DNA of 63,867 nucleotides, counting the filler, from Thraustochytrium aureum (Eukaryota): assembly GCA_012862495.1 (NCBI GenBank). It is 5 parts of 5 records of this genome, joined end to end, with 100 filler letters (N's around TTAATTAATTAA, not from the genome) between each part and the next. Parts side by side here need not be neighbours in the genome. Positions count along the whole stretch, not along the records: positions 49,354 to 56,394 come from BLSG01000274.1; positions 56,495 to 62,530 come from BLSG01000279.1; positions 62,631 to 63,867 come from BLSG01000285.1; 2 more parts are not named here. One strand, given 5' to 3'. The translations under genes were made by a program, and so were the position numbers. Below are positions 55,935-63,867 of the stretch, one piece after another (the stretch's first letter is position 1; each line of letters starts with the position of its first letter). The notes under the pieces are model-generated. The model saw only the letters and a program-made list of their open reading frames with translations, was not told the DNA's origin and searched no databases.

Positions 55935-56086
55935 GCGAGCTCGGCGTGCGTGCGCGAGTGCGCTGCCGAGCCAACACTTGCGGGCCGGTGCTGATTGAAG
56001 AATTGAACTGTGCGCGAAATCCGTTTTGGTTTCCCCCAAACCTCTCTCCCAGTAGATCTAGCTAGAGCTAGCTCGAGACAGTACTA

Positions 56087-56394
56087 TCACATTCGGCGGC
56101 GCTTGGCATCGGGCTCCTCCGTGCCAGCTTGGATGGCGGCAGACGCATGGGCAAGCCTCTGTAGCGCGAGGAGAGAAGCCCCTGTTTCCGACCCGCTCGA
56201 GGCCAGGCCGCTCGCCGCCGCCTTGCTTCCCTCGGCAGGACTCGCAGGGCGCCCGTCGTTCTGCATCGATTGCTGCGCCATGAGTGCGAGCGTGTCGAGC
56301 GTGCGCGTGAGCGAGAACGGCGAGCTGACAGAGCTGGCCAAGTGCGAGGGCGAGGTGGACTGGCCTTGCGCTCGGGCGCCGAAAACGTTGTGTG
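56087..56394 (-). CDS. 3' low-complexity fragment of an unknown protein ending in an NLS-like AKRRRM
   Basis: Open from the scaffold edge to TGA; S/A-rich. Confidence 0.35.
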
Positions 56395-56494
56395 NNNNNN
56401 NNNNNNNNNNNNNNNNNNNNNNNNNNNNNNNNNNNNNNTTAATTAATTAANNNNNNNNNNNNNNNNNNNNNNNNNNNNNNNNNNNNNNNNNNNN
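56395..56494. other. Artificial scaffold linker
   Basis: 44N-TTAATTAATTAA-44N. Confidence 0.95.
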
Positions 56495-57733
56495 CCTGGC
56501 TCGACATGACGTCAAAGACCCCATCGCAGGCGATGAGGATAAACTCGTCGTCCGCGCTGAGCTCGACCCGCACGAGCCCCGGGACCGCGACGATGAGCGG
56601 GTTGGGCGACTTCATCTCCGGGTCCCCGAGCGCCCGCGACACGGCCAGCATCCCCAGCACCCTGCCGTACGAGACAAATCCGCCCGTGTAGACTACGCGC
56701 GCCACTTCGTCGGCCCGGTTGGCCTTATGGTCAGAGGAGAGGTCCATGGCCCGCCCCCCGCGGCGGCACAGCACGGCGCGCGAGTCGCCCACGTTGGCAC
56801 AGTACGCAATGCCCTGGTCCAAGTCGATGGCGACGGCGCAGAGCGTCGTGCCAGAGGTGTTGACGATGTAGCCACTGCGCTCCTTCTCCGCGAGCGCGTC
56901 GCTCACGAGCCTTTCCTCCGTCTGGACCACGGCGTTGTACAGGGCGCGCTCGATGCCGACCTCGGGGTCGACGAGCTGGTTGAAGAAAAGGTCTTCCAGG
57001 ACCAAGCTGGCCGTGTCGGCCGACTTTGAGCCGCCGTGCCCGTCAAGCACCGCGTGGAACGAGGCCTTGCGGCCCAGGACCTCGCGCGGGACTGCGCGGG
57101 AACTCGGCGAGCCTCGCACCGAGACCTCAAAGCCCCTGTCTACCATGTCGCTGCCATCGTCCGAGGTCGAGTCGGTATCCGCTGTCGCGCTGCCGACCGA
57201 CTCGGCCAGGCTGTCGTCGAGGGAAAACTGCTGGAGCGCCTGCGAGATGCCGCCGCCCGCGCCGCGCGCGTCTTTCGCGGTAGCCACGGCTGCGCTTGGG
57301 TACGCGATGGGCGGCGAGCTGGGGAGCCGGGTTCTGCTGCCGGGCCTGTGGGCCACGTAGCGAAAGTCGTCCATGCAGATGCGGTCCTCCATCGACTGGC
57401 GCGGGCCCTGCTCCTCGTGCACGCTTCCCTGCACCGTCACGGGAAACGGCGTTGCCCGCAGGGTGTCGCGCGGGTCTGGCGCGAGCTCAGGGTCCGTCTT
57501 GCGGAAGAGCAGCCGCAGCGTGTGCACGACCACCTCGATGTTGTAAAACTCGAGCCATCCCATGTAGGGGCTCTCGAGCAGGTTGGTGTGGACTGTGCCG
57601 TCCGAGTCGATCCTGCTCTTGTACATCTTGGGCTTGTCCTCCGCTGCCACGCCGCTCCGTGGCGCGTCTTCGTCTGGGCTCTCGTACGCGCCGTCGTCCT
57701 CGTCCTCGTTCTCGCCGCCAGCAAACGCGCTCG
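56495..57733 (-). CDS. Protein phosphatase 2C (PPM family), truncated at both ends
   Basis: QGPRQSMEDR, AVLDGHGG, SGTT, ANVGDSRAVL, LSSDHK, LAVSRALGD, DEFILIACDGVFDVMS. Confidence 0.95.
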
Positions 57734-58523
57734 NNNNNNNNNNNNNNNNNNNNNNNNNNNNNNNNNNNNNNNNNNNNNNNNNNNNNNNNNNNNNNNNNNN
57801 NNNNNNNNNNNNNNNNNNNNNNNNNNNNNNNNNNNNNNNNNNNNNNNNNNNNNNNNNNNNNNNNNNNNNNNNNNNNNNNNNNNNNNNNNNNNNNNNNNNN
57901 NNNNNNNNNNNNNNNNNNNNNNNNNNNNNNNNNNNNNNNNNNNNNNNNNNNNNNNNNNNNNNNNNNNNNNNNNNNNNNNNNNNNNNNNNNNNNNNNNNNN
58001 NNNNNNNNNNNNNNNNNNNNNNNNNNNNNNNNNNNNNNNNNNNNNNNNNNNNNNNNNNNNNNNNNNNNNNNNNNNNNNNNNNNNNNNNNNNNNNNNNNNN
58101 NNNNNNNNNNNNNNNNNNNNNNNNNNNNNNNNNNNNNNNNNNNNNNNNNNNNNNNNNNNNNNNNNNNNNNNNNNNNNNNNNNNNNNNNNNNNNNNNNNNN
58201 NNNNNNNNNNNNNNNNNNNNNNNNNNNNNNNNNNNNNNNNNNNNNNNNNNNNNNNNNNNNNNNNNNNNNNNNNNNNNNNNNNNNNNNNNNNNNNNNNNNN
58301 NNNNNNNNNNNNNNNNNNNNNNNNNNNNNNNNNNNNNNNNNNNNNNNNNNNNNNNNNNNNNNNNNNNNNNNNNNNNNNNNNNNNNNNNNNNNNNNNNNNN
58401 NNNNNNNNNNNNNNNNNNNNNNNNNNNNNNNNNNNNNNNNNNNNNNNNNNNNNNNNNNNNNNNNNNNNNNNNCTGTTTGTGCGCTCAAGGTGATCGTCGG
58501 CCGGTCGATCAGGATGTCGATGT

Positions 58524-58709
58524 GGTCTCGCCCAGGCCGCCGTGCGCGGCGGTGCGCTGTGATTGATCAAGATGATCTCTGTGTGCTCAATCAAATTGTA
58601 TGTTGCGTTGGGTGATCTCGCCCAGGCCGCGCACGTGTGATTGATCGAGATGATTTCTGTGCGCTGTGCGCTGGTCGGTCTCGCCCAGGCCGCCGTGCGC
58701 GGCGGTGCG
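58524..58709. repeat. Interleaved direct repeats (A-B-a-B-A)
   Basis: GGTCTCGCCCAGGCCGCCGTGCGCGGCGGTGCG at 58524 and 58677, partial at 58616; TGTGATTGATC(A/G)AGATGAT(C/T)TCTGTG at 58558 and 58636. Confidence 0.8.
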
Positions 58710-58983
58710 TTGCTGTTCTGCGTTTTGTATGTGGGAGCTCAGCCGTACGAGGGCAGCGCCGTGGCATGCTGGTACGCTTGCGCTGTTGGGTTTTTGCTGC
58801 TGCTGCTGCTTCTGCCGCGTCATGGGCACCCCTTCCGCCGCCGCTGCGCCGCGGCTTCTCGCCTTGTTGCCAACCTCGACGAAACACGCAAGCCAAACAG
58901 AAAAACAATGCTACCAACTAATTCCAAGGGCAAGGGAGGGCTACGCCTCAAACAGCCCAAACAAGGCCAAAACGCCATGCTAC

Positions 58984-60206
58984 CTACTGCTGGCCCTGAG
59001 CCAAGCTCGCCTCGAGCGCGTCGGCGATAATTGCGTCACTGTCGTCAATGGCGCGCTGCACAGCGTCCGCGATCGCGCCCAGGTCTTGGCTCGCAAACGC
59101 GGGGAGGACCAAACTCGCTGAGAACGACCCGAGGTCTCGCCGAAGCAAGCGAACGGACTCGCCGCGATAAAACTGGTACATCCGCGAGGCAGCCGCGTCA
59201 AGGCGCCCCTCGCGCCAGTCCTCGAACTGGTCCTCGTCAAGACAGTAGGGCCAGATCACCCGGTCCCCAAAAAACTCGAGCAAACTCTCCAGCTTGCGCC
59301 GCGCGCTAGTCTCTGTGCGTCGCAGGTACTCGAGGTAGTCGGCCAGCATGGTGTGCGGGCGAGGAGGCTCCGAGGCGGTCCTCCCGCGCCGCGCAGCGCG
59401 GCTAAAGGCAAGCGCCTGCCGGTTCCACTCGGCCATGACCGCATTCGACTGCCACTTGGTCATTGCCAAGTAGCAGCGCTCGCGCACGGGTCGGAACAGC
59501 TCGAGCAGCGTGAGCAAGTTGGCGAGCGCGGGCGCCTCTGCACGCGCCGATACGTCCAAAGCAAACACGGCGCAGTTGATTTCGCCTCCAGGGACCAAGC
59601 CAAGCCCCGACCGGAGCTCGAGCACAAAGTCCACCATCTCTGCCACCGTGGTGCGTCTGTCCTGACGAAGACCGACGGCCTCAATAAAGATGCAGTCGCC
59701 AGTGCTGCCCGACAAATCCACAACTTTCGTCTCGCGCGCACCGACAAGGTGCCCTCCGCGCTCGCGAAAAGCGCGCGTGTCCGACAATGCGTTCGCAATC
59801 GCAGACTTGCCGCTGCCAGGGAGCCCAAGCGCCACCACACAGAGCCCGGACGTAATGCTTGGGCCTTCTGGACCCTGCGCCGCGCCAGCTTCCATGCAGA
59901 GCTCGGGCTGGCCTGCTTTCGACAGGTGCATGCGCTGCTCCAAGTCATCAGCCATGCGGGCGAACGCGTCGTCCTCGGCAGGCTCGGCGACAGGGAGGCC
60001 GGCACCGCGATCAACGGCCAAGCCCGGGCCGTTGCCGACATTGGCGCTGAGCAGGCGCGTCTCCAGGTCGTCGCGAGCCGAGCAAACGCGTCCTCGTCGA
60101 GCACAAACTTGTCGTCGCCCAGGCGGCCCCGGAGCTGGTCGCGTTTGCTCTCCAGGTGGCGCGGGCAGGTCCCGCTGAGGAACAGCGCGACCGCCGAAAC
60201 GCAAAC
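58984..60206 (-). CDS. P-loop GTPase, AIG1/GIMAP-like, divergent (5' end in gap; frameshift near 60075)
   Basis: VVALGLPGSGKSAIANAL...F; CIFIEAVGL (DTPG-equivalent); EINCAVFALDVSAR; LAMTKW. Confidence 0.6.
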
Positions 60207-60628
60207 NNNNNNNNNNNNNNNNNNNNNNNNNNNNNNNNNNNNNNNNNNNNNNNNNNNNNNNNNNNNNNNNNNNNNNNNNNNNNNNNNNNNNNNNNNNNNN
60301 NNNNNNNNNNNNNNNNNNNNNNNNNNNNNNNNNNNNNNNNNNNNNNNNNNNNNNNNNNNNNNNNNNNNNNNNNNNNNNNNNNNNNNNNNNNNNNNNNNNN
60401 NNNNNNNNNNNNNNNNNNNNNNNNNNNNNNNNNNNNNNNNNNNNNNNNNNNNNNNNNNNNNNNNNNNNNNNNNNNNNNNNNNNNNNNNNNNNNNNNNNNN
60501 NNNNNNNNNNNNNNNNNNNNNNNNNNNNNNNNNNNNNNNNNNNNNNNNNNNNNNNNNNNNNNNNNNNNNNNNNNNNNNNNNNNNNNNNNNNNNNNNNNNN
60601 NNNNNNNNNNNNNNNNNNNNNNNNAACA

Positions 60629-61357
60629 ATGCAGGACGCAGCTGCCGAGCGCCTGGCGGCCGGCGCCGCAGGCGCAGCCCTCGGGCAGAGCGACTTTGCC
60701 GCAGCGCAGTCGCTGGACGGGGAGGCCGCGACTGGTGCCAGGATAGGCGCCGACGGGCTGGGCACGCGCGAAATGCTCGTCGAACGATCCCTCCAGCTCC
60801 TCGCGAGCGCGACGGTGCTGCACGGCCAGCCGCGCGCTGGCGGGTTGGACGAGGACACGCGGCTGCGCTTGGTGCAGAGCAGGCGCAAGCGGGAGCTCAG
60901 CCAAGCGCTCGACGCGCTCAAGGCCGCCTTTGGGGTCGGCGAGGTCGAGGCGCGTGCAAGGCTCCACGACGCACGGCAGTGGGTCGAGCGCGCTGTCTAC
61001 GAGCACTGGACCGTCCAGGAGGCCGCCGCCGCCGTGGGGGCCCTTGGCCCCGACCTAGCCGGACCGGCCGTGAGGTTTTGGGCGCGCGAGCGCGAGAATC
61101 TGCATGCAGCAGCTCAGCGAGGCGCGCAGCTCGCGACGCCAGTGCTCGACGCGACCAGCTGGGAGGTCCGCGTCTGCACCGACGCCGGCCAAGTGCGTGA
61201 GCCCCTTGTCGAGCTCGAGCTCTCGGCCTTTCCGCCGTTGGGAGGCGCTCGCGAGACGACCAAGATAGAGCTGTCCAAGGCGGAGCTGGCAAGCTTGCTC
61301 GTCGACTTGGACGAGGCTGACGAGATGCTCGGCAGGCTCGCCTGCGCGGGCCGCTGA
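60629..61357 (+). CDS. COMM-domain (COMMD) family protein
   Basis: C-terminal LDATSWEVRV...REPLVELEL...IELSKAELASLLVDLDEADEML has the COMM W/P/helix pattern; helical N-domain. Confidence 0.75.
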   Translation: MQDAAAERLAAGAAGAALGQSDFAAAQSLDGEAATGARIGADGLGTREMLVERSLQLLASATVLHGQPRAGGLDEDTRLRLVQSRRKRELSQALDALKAAFGVGEVEARARLHDARQWVERAVYEHWTVQEAAAAVGALGPDLAGPAVRFWARERENLHAAAQRGAQLATPVLDATSWEVRVCTDAGQVREPLVELELSAFPPLGGARETTKIELSKAELASLLVDLDEADEMLGRLACAGR

Positions 61358-62530
61358 GCGCAGTGGCCGCGATCGATTGCCTGTCGACCAGCGCCGGTAA
61401 GGCGAGGCAACTCGCACAACACATCTTCAATCTTTTTTCTCGGATTGGCCCTCGCCGTGGTTCAAAGGAAACTGTCGCGCTACAGCGCCAGCGTGCGCGC
61501 GAGAAAGGCGACCAGCGAGGGAGCTGTGGCACCTCGATTGTTTATTGCAATGCCCGTTCTGCGCAGTGGGATTTTGGCCCATTGCGGCTTGAGCGGCTCG
61601 CTTCGATTCAGATTATGGGCTCACGGCAGCCGGCGCGGCGACACGACGAGCGCAAGTCGGCTTGAATCACAGACTGCTCGGGTCGCTCAAAGAGGTGATC
61701 CATGGGCTGCTGCAGGAGGTGCGGCATGTGGAAGCGCTTTCTTTGGCTCACAGGCCAACCAAGTCAGCGTAGAAGGAGGGCAGCAGCCTTTCGGCACTGG
61801 TGCTTGCTGACACTGCGCATCACGGCCGAGCTCGGCGAGCGGNNNNNNNNNNNNNNNNNNNNCCGAAAACATCGCCATGACTCGACCTCATCATCCACGT
61901 GTCATCACAGTTTACAACGGAACGTGCGCTCGCTCGAACACTTTCTTGCAATAAATCGATTTTTGCCGCCGCGGCTTGCCTTGCTTTGCGCGTCATCGAC
62001 CTGCGTGCGCTGCGGGCTGTGCCTGCTCGCGTTGGCAATCTCGTAGCGTATACTCCTGCCGCGCGTCCTCCTCGTCTTGGTGCTGCGTCGATGCACGATC
62101 GAGGACACGTGTGAAAGTACATACATCGAAAGCAGTTGCTCGCCAAAATTACTCACCCAGGTGGAGTCCATGGGCCTGCGCGGTTTGAGCTGGCACCCAG
62201 GCGCATGGGTTTGTGGTCGCCCCGATGCTGGTCAAGCGCGGCATGCGGAGTGGATGCCCAAAGCGTCACTAGCTGGTCACAAGACCCGCCTGCCTGCAGC
62301 GGCCTTGCCTCGGAGCTGCTCGAGCTAGCTAGCTCTGCGCGACAAGCAGGCCAAGCACGTTGTCAAAACCCTCTCGGACCTCTCCAGTGCGTGCAAGTGG
62401 CAGGACAAAAGCGACAAAAATTGTTGAGCGAGTCAAGGAGCATGCCGGCGCGCGAGGTAGCCAAGCATAGCTCGAGCCTCGCCCTGGGACCCAGCTCTGT
62501 TGGGGCGCGCTTTTGCAAGATGCTGTTCGC

Positions 62531-62630
62531 NNNNNNNNNNNNNNNNNNNNNNNNNNNNNNNNNNNNNNNNNNNNTTAATTAATTAANNNNNNNNNNNNNN
62601 NNNNNNNNNNNNNNNNNNNNNNNNNNNNNN
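62531..62630. other. Artificial scaffold linker
   Basis: 44N-TTAATTAATTAA-44N. Confidence 0.95.
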
Positions 62631-63597
62631 GGCTTGCGCAGCGCGTTTAAACTCAGACCAGGCCAACGCGGCTGCGCAAGCGGTCGTGATGAGGCTTATT
62701 GACCACACCGTGGCAATGCCAGCGCGCGAGCGCGCGCTGTCGCCAGGGATGCAGCAAGCCGTTGCGATGGCTGCCGCACGGTGGTTTGCCGACGCCAGCA
62801 TCTGCTCGATGGCCTTGAATGCGGCCAGGAAGGCCCTTGTGTCCAGCGGCCGCTCGGCGTTGGATTGCTGCGAGAGCACGACTGGAGAGTTTTTGCGCGC
62901 AGTGGAGAGCGTCTGCAACAGTATCTCGCCGCAGGCAACGCTTGTTGACGCGGTCCTTCAAATGTGTAGGGGGTCGCGGAGCTGCCATAGTGTGCTGCGC
63001 GAGGTTTGGACGTCTGTCCTCGTGCAGCTTGAGGTTGCCCGGTCGGGCGTGCCAAGCGCGATTTTAATCCTGACGCGCTTGATCGGAGAGGCCGCAGGTC
63101 CTGAGGCAGCTTGCAGGGGGAAAGAGGTGCTCGCCGCAGGCTTATTTCCGGAGGGGTGGGCCGTGGGGGACGGGGCCAAGGAGAGGCTGGACTTGTTGTG
63201 CGAGCTTGCTGGGCACTTTGGCTCGGCGGACCGGGTCCAGTTCTCAAGGGAGGCCCTCCAGCTCATCGTTGCGAGGAGCGCGGGCCGAGCAACGCCCAAC
63301 GCTCACCTGGAGATCGAGAGCGCCATCCGCCTCCTGAATGGCTGCAAGGCGGACCGCAGGGACCTCAAGGCGACGCTGAGTAGGTCTGAAGCGGCGAATC
63401 TTATGGTGGCCCTTGAGCAGCGCACGCGGAGCAGTGATGCCGCCTTGGCCCTCGATGCGCGCAATTTGTACGCGCGACTTCGGCGCCGGAAGGCCGCCGA
63501 CATCTTGTGCATGGCCTCGTTGTTTCGCCGCAAACAGCCTGAGAATGGGGACCACTGCAGGAGCCGCTCCGTTGATCAAGCGTTCTCGAACAGGTAG
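62631..63597 (+). CDS. Alpha-helical (ARM/HEAT-like) hypothetical protein, 5' truncated
   Basis: Over 300 aa open frame from the scaffold edge; L/A-rich amphipathic helices; no family recognised. Confidence 0.5.
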
Positions 63598-63867
63598 GTC
63601 GGTACTCGAGTACGGTAGGGAGCAGCCAACTCGACTGTGCCCCACCTGCTGTGGTGCGTCCCCCACAAGCAACGGCAGAGTCTGTGCCGTTTCGACGGTG
63701 ATGGGCTGGGCGCTGATGCGAGCGATGTGGCGATTCCAAACCAAACAACAAATTGTCAATCCGCAACCAACCAGCCTCCGAGTCTTGCCACCAGGCTTTG
63801 CCAACCCCAACGTCTCAAGTTGACCCAGCTCTGGCCCCTGCCGCGCCGTCCACACGCGACCTCCTAC

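Noticed and set aside
2354..61200. Long ORFs running through X stretches (e.g. the WW-Prp3 antisense join and the AIG1-COMMD antisense join)
   Set aside because: Artefacts of translating Ns; frame and length across gaps are unknown
61700..62530. Frameshifted minus-strand gene fragment
   Set aside because: Protein-like pieces exist but need several frame changes and match no family

Overview
GC-rich, gene-dense, intron-poor eukaryotic draft sequence. It is probably a protist; a stramenopile such as a labyrinthulomycete/thraustochytrid is my guess from gene content and style, not a database result. It has many N gaps and four artificial 44N-TTAATTAATTAA-44N linkers, so it is at least five concatenated scaffolds and gene neighbourhoods across linkers mean nothing. 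About 30 protein-coding genes or fragments are visible. Recognisable ones: GT23/FUT8-like fucosyltransferase, CASTOR/POLLUX (DMI1) cation channel, CDK5RAP1/MiaB methylthiotransferase, V-ATPase subunit d, a 6TM-anchored TKL kinase, SPRY and ubiquitin-like proteins, a DUF1624/HGSNAT-like membrane protein, alkaline ceramidase, a three-exon Rab11B-like GTPase, alpha-actinin, a FAM185A-like protein, a sulfotransferase, a DEUBAD (ASXH) protein, a secreted glycoside-hydrolase-like protein, a BPL-N/GATase-like protein, an LRR+TRAF-zinc-finger protein, RPL35A, a USP22-like DUB, PRP3, PP2C, an AIG1-like GTPase and a COMMD protein. Many genes carry single-base frameshifts at homopolymers, most likely sequencing errors. 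I found no CRISPR, rRNA, tRNA or intact transposase. Best leads: the adenylyl-cyclase-type 6TM anchor fused to a non-RD kinase, the POLLUX-like channel with a variant filter, the Rab11B-like GTPase, and a palindromic CAACGG repeat array ending in TTAGG repeats upstream of the V-ATPase d gene. All family calls come from motif recognition by eye, not searches.
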